From contig OZ076409.1 of the NCBI GenBank assembly GCA_964187785.1, positions 38,008,001 through 38,072,000 of the forward strand: a stretch of DNA of 64,000 bases, in the 5' to 3' direction. This document shows, one piece after another, positions 1-11,601 of this stretch. Position numbers and translations under genes: made by a program. Positions within the stretch are counted from its first letter, which is position 1. Every line of letters begins with the position of its first letter. The notes under the pieces were generated by a model. It did no database searches. It had not been told where the DNA came from and saw nothing but the letters and a program-made list of their open reading frames with translations. The DNA is from Amphiscolops sp. MND2022. Its lineage: Eukaryota.

Positions 1-1808
1 CCCTGTAGCATTTGGTGAAAACTTTATATCACCATTCGGTGGACCAGTGGCCCACGTTCACTTTCCAAAAGATGACCCATGTTGCTATCTGTACTGTGTC
101 AGGAGATATACATACCCGAAATGTAGTTACGATGTGACAACATGACTCTCTATAACTCTCGGACTCACCTAAAAATTCTAAATTTTTTCAGAAGCACTCT
201 ACAAGTGTACTAATAAGTTTTTGAGCGTCACCATAGCACACTGACACTTTTTGAACTTATGGTCGAAGACCGTACGGACCGTTGTTGGAGCAGAAATGGG
301 CTTTTTGTAGGTCCGAGTCGTGCAAAAAAATGCTAAATACCTCATCTTGGCCTTTTATTCACGCCATGCAGCACTTATTGAAAACTTTTTATTACCATTC
401 GGTAGACCAGTGGCCCACGTTCATTTTTGAAAAGATGACCCATAATGCTATCTGTACTCTGGCAGGAGATATGCATATCCGAAATGTTATTACGAAGTGA
501 CACCATAACTCTCTATCCCACGTAAAAATTCGAAATTCGTTCAAGAGCTACCTACACTTGTTCTGATGTGTTTTTGGGCGCCACCATGTTACACTGACAA
601 ATTTTGATCTTATGGTACGAGACCGTTCGGACCGTTCCTGAAGAGAAAATCACCATTTTGTGACTCCGAGTCGACATGAAAAATTGAAAAAAACACTTCT
701 GAGAGTTTTTTCTTTGGCAATGGCAACTAGGCTGTGTTTTTTGCATTCAATCGTTAGACCAGTGGCCAATGTTCATTTTCATAAAGATGATCCACAGTGC
801 TAACTGTACTCGGTTATGAGTAACATGATTATGAAATGTTCATACGACGTATTACATCAACTCGGACCGTGACTCAAAAAAATTAAATTTTTTCAGAGGC
901 CCCCCAGAGGTTAACCAATGTCATTTTCGGTAACGCCAAAGCTCACTGACATTGTTTGACCTGGTTGTCGGAGACCGTGCGGACCGTTGCTGGCGAGGAA
1001 TTCATATGTTTGTAAAAATGAGCTGATTTGCAAAAACTCATTCCTCACTATAAGGCATTTTTTGGCACAATCATTGCCCCAGGCCTACTTTGCGATAGTA
1101 CCGTGGGTAGACCCCAGCCCCCTGATATTTTTCATAAATATGACTTCCGCTGCTACTGGTGCTGCGTGGTGAGTAATTGAATGAAAAGTACTGTATAAAA
1201 AATTTCATCATTGCTCATCATGCCATACACCCCAAAAAATCGACTTTTTTATTACGACCACTACAGGTGTCTAAACTATATTTTTGAAACCCTCAATGAA
1301 TGCTAAACATTTTTGACATTATGGTCCGAGACCGTTCGGACCGTTTAACGTACTTAAAATGACCTATAAGTACAGGTGATACTGGTGATACTTTACATTT
1401 TGGCATTTTTTGGCACTTTCAGTGCCACCAGCGGCACTTTTTTGGCACTATCATTTGACGCGCCACATTTCACAACTTTTTGTTAGTATGCATTATTGGG
1501 CTAGCATGCACCGTGTAAAAGTTATTAAAGAAAAACGTTATATCCGAACAAAAATTCGTTATATCCGAACTTTTGTCAAAAACACCATGAAGGACAAGTT
1601 TCTGGGAAAAACGTCAGCAGAAAAAAGTTCTTAGAATTGGGAGAAATGGCCGTATGCAAATTTTCAAGGAATTCTCACGGCTCATTTAAAAAATAACCTT
1701 CCCACGCGTAGGTGTCGGGTAGTATATAGAGATCCTTATATAACGCGCTCGGTCCCGGGTCCCTCCCCGGCCTCGCACATTATTGCAGTGGGACAACACG
1801 TGACCACC
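1..1808. mobile_element. U1: right part of a family-B unit (truncated by window start)
   Basis: Nearly identical to 57622-59430 (end of U18); ends GTGGGACAACACGTGACCACC. Confidence 0.8.
1536..1570. repeat. Subterminal direct repeat CGTTATATCCGAAC x2 (21-bp period) in family-B right ends
   Basis: Also seen at about 17306-17340, 51719-51753 and 59158-59192. Confidence 0.85.
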
Positions 1809-2806
1809 CAGTGGAGGCGAGGTTGTTGCAGTTACACTGCCGAGAAGCGAGGAAAATGTGTATAGAAAGAAAAGAATTTTCAACAATAAAATTTTCGTTT
1901 TACGTTCTGTTGACAAAAGTAGTCTTTGTTGTGTTCAACGTATTTCATATTTGGCATCTCCACGACACGTGGTGCCTTACAATGCTACTTGTCACTTATC
2001 CATCAATCTGCAAGCCAACGCGACGTTCCTGCTGAATAAAAGCGATGTTCTACTTTGACAATTTACACAAAGAAAACTGGAAGAGTTTCAACATTAGAAG
2101 TAATTGTTCATTACAGTGATTAATGCCTTATAATCTCCAATAACACTCCAAATAGTGAACGTAACTGCCTCGTTATGTGGAAATGGGTGGAGAGAATTGT
2201 AAAAAAAGAAAGCTCTGTTGTGACCGAGGTGAGATGCGAAGATGACGGGACTGGCGAATTCCAAATATTGAAATTATTCACAATCGGACAGAAAAATTTT
2301 TGTGGAAGGAATTGACTGCTGGAAATTTTTGAAGTATTTTTGTGTGCCATGTGTTTGCCCAAACAATTTTCAGCTACGATAGATTTATTCCGTAGTTTTG
2401 AACCTTTCCTATCACAAGTGGCTGACTTAAATGCATTAGAAATACATACACTCCAACTCCATTTCCTTTTTTTCGCCCTATGTGACCACTGTGGAAGACA
2501 TCAACGTATGATGTAACGTACTGTCTGGTGGAGGGGTAGAGGATTTCGTGGAACCAATAGGGGTTGCCACTCATTGGTTAGATAAATGTACGTTCCACAT
2601 ACAATTCATATGTTTCAAGTTAGTTTTTATGGTATTTTTAAGCGTCACAAGGAAAGATTTATTTATTGAACACAATGGTGGTCATCGTATAGCGAATAGA
2701 AATGCTCATGTCCTGAAATTATCAATTAATGTGAGAAAGGAAAGTTGAATGAAAGTTTCCCCGCCTATTTTGAGAGTAGAGGAACTCCTGGTTTTTGGTG
2801 TTTAAA

Positions 2807-2853
2807 GTGTTAGCCTTCCAAGTTGGCCGAAGGCCAACTTGGAAGGCTATCAC
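2807..2853. other. Long internal palindrome/hairpin (22-bp stem with one mismatch, GAA loop)
   Basis: GTGTTAGCCTTCCAAGTTGGCC-GAA-GGCCAACTTGGAAGGCTATCAC. Copies or variants at 7704-7750, 13659-13706, 18575-18621, 24521-24567, 29413-29459, 34311-34357, 38596-38643, 48076-48123, 53462-53509 and 60423-60470. Confidence 0.9.
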
Positions 2854-4739
2854 GAAATTTTTATATAAACTCTTTATAAAAATGCAAGATTCAGTTATAA
2901 AGTCTTTATAAAAATGCAAATGAAATCTATATAGTCTGCGAAATCCAAGTACTGAAAAACGTATTGAGAATTTGATTACCTGCTGTGAAGTTGATTCGGT
3001 CTTTGCTAATGTATCTTTTAATGAACATTGCGTTGTAAAACATATGACACTTTTCAGACCTAACAAAGGAGTTTGGAACAACAGAAAGATTGTGCACTTT
3101 GAAAAAGATACACAGTTGATAAACCGTACTAAATTGAACTGCTCATTGATGTTTACACCATCAAATTTTTGAGTTAGAGTGCAAAAAAACCGTGACAAAT
3201 TCTTAGTACTTTGTTAAACTTTGTGTTACACAATGCTTTATGCGCCATATTTTTCCCATACACCCCTGTATGGACCTCATATTCGCAACAATGATACTAT
3301 ATTAATAGTAATTGACGGGAATTAGGTTAGATTGTTATATATTCTGTTTCTATTGTGAAAATGTGTCTTCGAAATTTTCAGTTGAAAGTTGAATTTTTCT
3401 TTGCAAAACGTGTTATCGTGGCTCACATGTCACTAAAGCATTTGATACCAGTCATATATCTCTTTTTCAGTATTTTGGAGGCCACAGGTTACGTCAAACA
3501 CAATAATGTTGTTCAAAACACGAGAAATCAGTTTTCGACCTGACAAAAATTGGGTTATTGGGGAAAAAATTTTTATTGTTACGAACGAATGGGATAAAAA
3601 ATGTGTCCAGACCAAGCATGGTTGTATTATAAACACTTTTAATGACTATAAACGAGTTGTTTGTTGTCAGTGAGGTCGTTGTTGAGCGTTAATACCATAA
3701 CCGACAAGCACCGATTAAAAAACGTGGAATGGAATATGACACATACCATGATTTTTTGAGAAGTTTCTCTTCTTATCAGTACTTTTGACATGTCGAAAGT
3801 CCTTGCATTGATTTTACAAGTCTCATATACATCTTGGTTGAGCCTCGGGTTTAGTTTTAGACCAAAAACAGTGTTGGTAGGACCGCTGATACCAAAAAAG
3901 TGGTGACACAACCGGAAAAATTCCAATGTTTAAGTCATATGTCTATTCAGTATGATATTTTTATGTACCTCAGATTCTGAAAAAGTAGCATGAAACTACT
4001 GTAGACCGTATTTTCCTAAGTAACAGTGCCACTGAGTTGCACTAAAAGCCTATAGTTGCTGCAGAAGCTCCAATTTGTCATTTCGAGTCCACCAAAAATG
4101 TGATGTTGTATCAATTTTCAACAAAATTTGCTATCGATTAGCGAATATTGTGGCACATGACTACTCGAAGTAAGGTCCTTGTGCCTTGTCAATGCCCAGT
4201 TGTATTTTTCACAAGCCACTGGGCCAAGAGAAGTGGATATTTGATGGTTGTCGGCTAAAAATGGCGTTCCTATACTTCAAAAAATGATTTGGAAAGCAAT
4301 TTCATCTTGGAATTTTGTTTGTCAACGAGGCTTTTGTACCTCAAAATTGCACTATAACCATTGTGGAAGGTCAAAATAGGTTCGACGTCAGCAGTACACT
4401 TGGTTGTGAACAAAAAAGAGTCTTGATTGACTGAAAAAGAACTTTAGCTGTTTTTGACTCAACCCATGAATCGATATGTAAGGTACGATTTTCTGTAATG
4501 TAACGTCTAATGGCAGCTGATTTTTTCGACATAACTCCAAATCCACAGTGAGCACTTTTTTCACGTTATTCACACCCCGTGTTATGCAAAAGTACATTTT
4601 AGATGGCTACTGGGCTTTAAAAACAGTTTTTGGGCACTCAAAAACATGATTTTGGAGAGAAAAAAACACGGTTCCCAATGTAATATGTAACATAGTCTGC
4701 ACGAAAACACTAAATTTTTACAGAATCATCCCACAAGTA

Positions 4740-5890
4740 AACTGATGGGTTTTTGAGCGTCACCATAGCCCACAAAAAATTTTCGACCCATTGAGTGGAG
4801 ACCGTAGAGACCGTTGTTGGCGAGCAAATGAGCTTTTTGTAAGTCCGAGTCGCCTGAAAAAATGCTATGTAACCCATGTAAGCACTTTTATCACTCCCTG
4901 TAGCAACTGGTGAAAACTTTTTATCACCATTTGGTAGGCCAGTGGCCGACGTTCACTTTCCAAGAGATGACCCATGTTGGTATCTGTACTCTGTCAGGAG
5001 ATATACATTCCCGAAATGTAGTTTCGATGTGACAACATAACTCTCTATAACTCTCGGACTCACCTAAAAAATCCAAAATTTTTCGGAAGCACTCTACAAG
5101 TGTACTGGTGGGTTTTTGGGCGTCACCATAGCACACTGACACTTTTTGACCTTATGGTCGAAGACCGTACAAACCGTTGGTGCAGCAGAAATAGGCCTTT
5201 TGTAGGTCCGAGTCGTGCAAAAAAATGCTAAATACCCCATATTGGCATATTATTCACGCCGTGCAGCAGTGACTGAAAACTTTTTCTAACCAATCGATAG
5301 ACCAGTGGCCCACGTTCTTTTTCGAAAAGGTGACCCATGATGCTATCTGTACTCTGTGAGGAGATATGCATACCCGAAATGTAGTTACGATGTGACACTA
5401 TAACTCTCGGACCCACGTGAAAATTCGAAAATCGTTCAGACGCTTCCTACCAGTGTTCTGATGTGTTTTTGGGCGCCACCATGTCACACTGACAAATTTT
5501 TATCTTATGGTACCAGACCGTTCGGACCGTTGCTGAAGAGAAAATCACATTTTTGTAACTGCGAGTCGACATGAAAAATTGAAAACAACACTTCTGAAAA
5601 TTTTTTTCTTTCACTATGGCAGCTAAGGTATATTTTTTGCACTCAATCGTTAGACCGCTGCCCAACGTTCATTTTGATAAAGATGACCCACGGTGCTATC
5701 TGTACTCGGTTATGAGTAACATGATTATGAAATGTTGATACAACGTAACAGATCAACTCGCACCGTGACTCAAAAAAATCAAATTTTTCCAGAGGCCTCT
5801 TAGAGGTCAACCGATGTCATTTTGGTCGTCACCATAACTCACTGACACTTTTTCACCTTATGGTCCGAGACCGTGCGGACCGTTCCTCCT
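4740..5890. repeat. Diverged internal ~353-363 bp tandem subrepeat of the 4.9-kb units
   Basis: Motif ATGGTC-N3-GACCGT-N3-GACCGTT (variable) recurs at 4800, 5163, 5516 and 5869, with shared blocks such as CCAGTGGCCCACGTTC and TGCTATCTGTACTC; same in U1 at 268, 621, 973 and 1330, and in all A/B units. Confidence 0.9.
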
Positions 5891-6707
5891 GGTCAAATCA
5901 TCAATTTTGTAATGGTGATACTGTTGGAAAAAATCATTTGGCACTTTTGGCCACTTTGATTGGGCCCGAGGGGAAAATTTTTTTGGACCGTTCGGTAGAC
6001 CGTTGGCCGTTGATGATTTTGCAAAATGTGCACATTGGCGGTATCTGCGTTGCTTCATGCTGAAAATGGACTCTGAATATGTGAGTGATAAATCACGTTG
6101 AATCAAAAAACCCGAAACATTGCAAATATAGGTTGAAGATGCAATTTTTCGGAAAAACGTCAGAAGAAAAAAGTTCTTAAAATTTGTTTTACTACCTGTG
6201 TGCCAAGTTTCAACGCAATCCGCGGACTTTTTGATTTTTGTCATTTTTGAAACAAATGTTGGCCAAATGTGTGCAAATTTTCGTATTCGTTAAATTTTCC
6301 GCCAATATTATCCGCCATATCTCCACTCCTGTTGCGAATTAAGAAATAATTTTTGGCATGTGTAAGCATGACATCATTTATGCCTCGCACGCAAAAAATG
6401 GGCCAAATGCATAGCGTAAAGTGTGGAGCTACTACGTGAAAAATGCGAAAAATGGCCAAAAAACACGATCATTTGCACATAACTTTTCAACAAATGTTTC
6501 AATCATGATACGTCAGGGGAAAAAAGTTCTTAGAATTTGATTTCATGTATGTGTGCAAAGTTTCATGGAAATCTAACGGTTAGATTGGAAAATCGCTTGT
6601 TTTTCTCCCGGTCTACCATGGATGCATTTTGTATATAGCGCTCGGCTCCGGGACCCTCCCCAGGCCTCGCAATGACTATTGTGGGGCAAATTAAGCCCCG
6701 GACCACC

Positions 6708-9700
6708 CAGTGGAGGCGAGGTTGTTGCAGTTACACTGCCGAGAAGCGAGGAAAATGTGTATAGAAAGATAAGAGTTTTCAACAATAAAATTTTCGTTTT
6801 CCGTTCTCTTGACAAAAGTAGTCTTTGTAGTGTTCAACGTATTTCATATTTGGCATCTCCACGACACGTGGTGCCTTACAATGCTACTTGTCACTTATTA
6901 TCCATCAATCTGCAAGCCAACGCGACGTTCCTGCTGAATAAAAGCGATGTTCTACTATAACAATTTACAAAGAAAAGTGGAAGAGTTTCAACATTAGAAG
7001 TAATTGTTCATTACAGTGATTAATGCCTTATAATCTCCAATAACACTCCAAATAGTGAACGTAAGTGCCTCGTTATGTAGAAATGGGTGGAGAGAATTGT
7101 AGAAAAGAAAGCTCAGTTGTGACCGAGCTGAGATGCGAAGATGACGGGACTGGCGAATTCCAAATATTGAAATTATTCACAATCGGACAGAAAAGTTTTT
7201 GTGGAAGGAATTGACTGCTGGAAATTTTTGAAGTATTTTTGTGTGCCATGTGTTTGCCCCAATAATTTTCAGCTACGATAGATTTATTCCGTAGTTTTGA
7301 ACCTTTCCTATCACAAGTGGCTGACTTAAATGCATTAGAAATATATACACTCCAACTCCATTTTTTTTTTTGCCCTATGTCACCACTGTGGAAGGCATCA
7401 ACGTATGATGTAACGAACTGTCTGGTGGAGGGGTAGAGGATTTCGTGGAACCAATAGGGGTAGCAACTCATTGGTTAGATAATTGTACGTTCCACATACA
7501 ATTCATATGTTTCAAGTTAGTTTTTATGGTATTTTTGAGCGTCACAAGGAAAGATTTATTTATTGAACACAATGGTGGTCATCGTATAGCGGATAGAAAA
7601 GCTCATGTCCTGAATTTATCAAGTAAGGTGAGAAAAGAAAGTTCAATGAAAGGTTCCCCGCATATTTTGAGATTAGAGGAACTCCTGGTTTTTGGTGTTT
7701 GTAGTGTTAGCCTTCCAAGTTGGCCGAAGGCCAACTTGGAAGGCTATCACGAATTTTTTTTATAAACTCTTTATAAAAATGCAAGATTCAGTTATAAAGT
7801 CTTTATAAAAATGCAAATGAAATCTATATAGTCTGCGAAATCCAAGTACTGAAAGACGTATTGAGAATTTGATTACCTGCTGTGAAGTTGATTCAGTCTT
7901 TGCTAATGTATCTTTTAATGAACATTGCGTTGTAAAACATATGACACTTTTCAGCCCAAACAAAGGAGTTTGGAACAACAGAAAGATCGTGCACTTTGAA
8001 TAAGATACACAGTTGATGAACCGTACTAAATTGAACTGCTCATTGATGTTTACACCATCAAATTTTTGAGTTAGAGTGCAAAAAAACCGTGACAAATTCT
8101 TAGTACTTTGGTAAATTTTGTGTTACACAATGCTTTATGCGCCATATTTTTCCCATACACACCTGTATGGACCTCATATTCGCAACAATGATACTCTATT
8201 AATAGTAATTGACGGGAATTAGGTTAGATTGTTATATATTCTGTTTCTATTGTGAAAATGTGTCTTCGAAATTTTCAGTTGAAAGTTGAATTTTTCTTTG
8301 CAAAACGTGTTATCGTGGCTCACATGTCACTGAAGCATTTGATACCAGTCATATATCTCCTTTTCAGTATTTTGGAGGCCACAGGTTACGTCAGACACAA
8401 AAATGTTGTTCAAAACACGTGAAATCAGTTTTCGACCTGACAAAAATTGGGTTATTGGGGAAAAAATTTTTATTGTTACAAACGAATGGGATAAAAAATG
8501 TGTCCAGACCAAGCATGGTTGTATTATAAACACTTTTAATGACTATAAACGAGTTGTTTGTTGTCAGTGAGGTCGTTGTTGAGCGTTAATACCATAACCG
8601 ACAAGCACCGATTAAAAAACGTGGAATGGAATATGACACATATCATGATTTTTTGAGAAGTTTCTCTTCTTATCAGTACTTTTGACATGTCGAAAGTCCT
8701 TGCATTGATTTTACAAGTCTGATATACATCTTGGTTGAGCCTCGGGTTTAGTTTTAGACCAAAAACAGTGTTGGTAGGACCGCTGATACCAAAAAAGTGG
8801 TGACACAACCGGAAAAATTCCAATGTTTAAGTCATATGTCTATTCAGTATGATATTTTTATGTACCTCAGATTCTGAAAAAGTAGCATGAAACTACTGTA
8901 GACCGTATTTTCCTAAGTAACAGTGCCACTGAGTTGCACTAAAAGCCTATAGTTGCTGCAGAAGCTCCAATTTGTCATTTCGAGTCCACCAAAAATGTGA
9001 TGTTGTATCAATTTTCAACAAAATTTGCTATCGATTAGCGAATATTGTGGCACATGACTACTCGAAGTAAGGTCCTTGTGCCTTGTCAATGCCCAGTTGT
9101 ATTTTTCACAAGCCACTGGGCCAAGAGAAGTGGATATTTGATGGTTGTCGGCTAAAAATGGCGTTCCTATACTTCAAAAAATGATTTGGAAAGCAATTTC
9201 ATCTTGGAATTTTGTTTGTCAACGAGGCTTTTGTACCTCAAAATTGCACTATAACCATTGTGGAAGGTCAAAATAGGTTCGACGTCAGCAGTACACTTGG
9301 TTGTGAACAAAAAAGAGTCTTGATTGACTGAAAAAGCAGTTTAGCTATTTTTGACTCAACCCATGAACCGATATGTAAGGTACGATTTTCTGTAATGTAA
9401 CGTCTAATGGCAGCTGATTTTTTCGACATAACTCCAAATCCACAGTGAGCACTTTCTTCACGTTACTCACACCCCATGTTATGCAAAAGTACATTTTAGA
9501 TGGCTACTGGGCTTTAAAAACAGTTTTTGGGCACTCAAAAACATGATTTTGGAGAGAAAAAAAACACGGTTCCCAATGTAATATGTAACATAGTCTGCAC
9601 GAAAACACTAAATTTTTACAGAATCATCCCACAAGTAAACTGATGGGTTTTTGAGCGTCACCATAGCCCACAAAAAATTTTCGACCCATTGAGTGGAGAC

Positions 9701-11601
9701 CGTACAGACCGTTGTTCGCGAGCAAATGAGCTTTTTGTAAGTCCGAGTCGCCTGAAAAAATGCTATGTAACCCATGTAAGCATTTTTATCACTCCCTGTA
9801 GCAACTGGTGAAAACTTTTTATCACCATTCGGTAGGCCAGTGGCCCACGTTCACTTTCCAAAAGATAACCCATTTTGGTATCTGTACTGTGTCAGGAGAT
9901 ATACATTCCCGAAATGTAGTTACGATGTGACAACATAACTCTCTATAAGTCTCGGACTCACCTAAAAAATCCAAAATTTTTCGGAAGCACTCTACAAGTG
10001 TACTGGTGGGTTTTTGGGCGTCACCATAGCACACTGACACTTTTTCACCTTATGGTCGAAGACCGTACGGACCGTTGGTGGAGCAGAAATGGGCCTTTTG
10101 TAGGTCCGAGTCGTGCAAAAAAATGCTAAATACCCCATCTTGGCATAATATTCACGCCGTGCAGCAGTAATTGAAAACTTTTTATAACCAATCGATAGAC
10201 CAGTGGCCCACGTTCTTTTTCGAAAATGTGACCCATGATGCTATCTGTACTATGTGAGGAGATATGCATACCCGAAATGTAGTTACGATGTGACACTATA
10301 ACTCTCGGACCCACGCAAAAATTCGAAATTCGTTCAGAAGCCTACTACCAGTGTTCTGATGTGTTTTTGGGCGCCACCATGTCACACTGACAAATTTTGA
10401 TCTTATTGATCGAGACCGTTCGGACCGTTCCTGAAGAGAAAATCACATTTTTGTAACTCCGAGTCGACATGAAAAATTGAAAACAACATTTCTGAAAACT
10501 TTTTTCTTTCACTATGGCAACTAAGGTATATTTTTTGCACTCAATCGTTAGACCGCTGCCCAATGTTCATTTTGATAAAGATGACCGACGGTGCTATCTG
10601 TACTCGGTTATGAGTAACATGATTATGAAATGTTGATACAACGTAACGGATCAACTCGGACCGCGACTCAAAAAAATCAAATTTTTCCAGAGGCATCTTA
10701 GAGGTCAACCAATGTCACTTTGGTCGTCACCATAACTCACTGACACTTTTTCACCTTATGGTCCGAGACCGTGCGGACCGTTCCTCCTGGTCAAATCATC
10801 AATTTTGTAATGGTGATACTGTTGGAAAAAACCTTTTGCCACTTTTGGCCACTTTGATTGGGCCCGAGGGGAAAATTTTTTTGGACCGTTCGGTAGACCG
10901 TTGGCCGTTGATGATTTTGCAATATGTGCACATTGCCGGTATCTGCGTTGCTTCATGCTGAAAATGGACTTTGAATATGTGAGTGATAAATCACCTTGAA
11001 TCAAAAAACCCGAAATATTGCAAATATAGGTTCAAGATGCAATTTTTCGGAAAAACGTCAGGAGAAAAAAGTTCTTAGAATTTGTTGTACTACCTGTGTG
11101 CCAAGTTTCAACGCAATCCGCGGACTTTTTAATTTTTCTCATTTTTCAAACAAATGTTGGCCAAATATGTGCAAATTTTCGTAAATATTGAATTTTCCGC
11201 CAATATTATCCGCCATATCTCCACTCCTGTTGCGAATTGAGAAATAATTTTTGGCATGTGCAAACATGACATCATTTATGCCTCGCACGCAAAAAATGGG
11301 CCAAATGCATAGCGTAAAGTGTGGAGCTGCTGCGTGAAAAATGCGAAAAATGGCCAAAAAACACGATCATTTGCACATAACTTTTCAACAAATGTTTCAA
11401 TCATGATACGTCAGGGGAAAAAAGTTCTTAGAATTTGATTTTATGTATGTGTGCAAAGTTTCATGGAAATCTAACGGTTAGATTGGAAAATCGCTTGTTT
11501 TTCTCCCGGTCTACCATGGATGCATTTTGTATATAGCGCTCGGCTCCGGGACCCTCCCCAGGCCTCGCAATGGTACGTGTGGGGGACCACCCCGGACCAC
11601 C
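6708..11601. mobile_element. U3: family A1 unit, 4,894 bp
   Basis: Near-identical to U2/U6; ends GGGGGACCACCCCGGACCACC. Confidence 0.8.

Larger units (their letters stand above)
1809..6707. mobile_element. U2: family A1 putative non-autonomous element, 4,899 bp
   Basis: Starts CAGTGGAGGCGAGG, ends GGGGCAAATTAAGCCCCGGACCACC; colinear with U3, U6 and U10. Confidence 0.8.

Noticed and set aside
1745..1810. HDV-like or hammerhead ribozyme at the junction (GTCCC...CCTCGC...GGGAC)
   Set aside because: I could not build the nested double pseudoknot or a CTGANGA/GAAA core consistently across families. An Infernal or RNArobo search would settle it.
3355..3543. Recurrent peptide MKMCLRNF...FAKRVIVAHMSLKHLIPV...ATGYVRH as a conserved small protein
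   Set aside because: The family-D homologue has an in-frame TAA, and start and stop positions vary; DNA-level conservation explains it. Kept only as a non-coding core finding.
3660..3720. Minus-strand VLVGYG...PH* resembling the papain-family VGYG..YW motif, perhaps under an alternative genetic code
   Set aside because: It is flanked by stops, there is no NSWG motif or catalytic His context, and the codon aligned to the supposed Trp varies (TGA, TGG, GGG, CGG, AGA), so no consistent recoding is supported.
1809..6707. TIR (DDE) transposons, LTR elements or rDNA/5S/histone repeat units
   Set aside because: The two ends of a unit are not inverted or long direct repeats, there is no target-site duplication or poly(A) tail, and I recognise no rRNA, snRNA or histone sequence.
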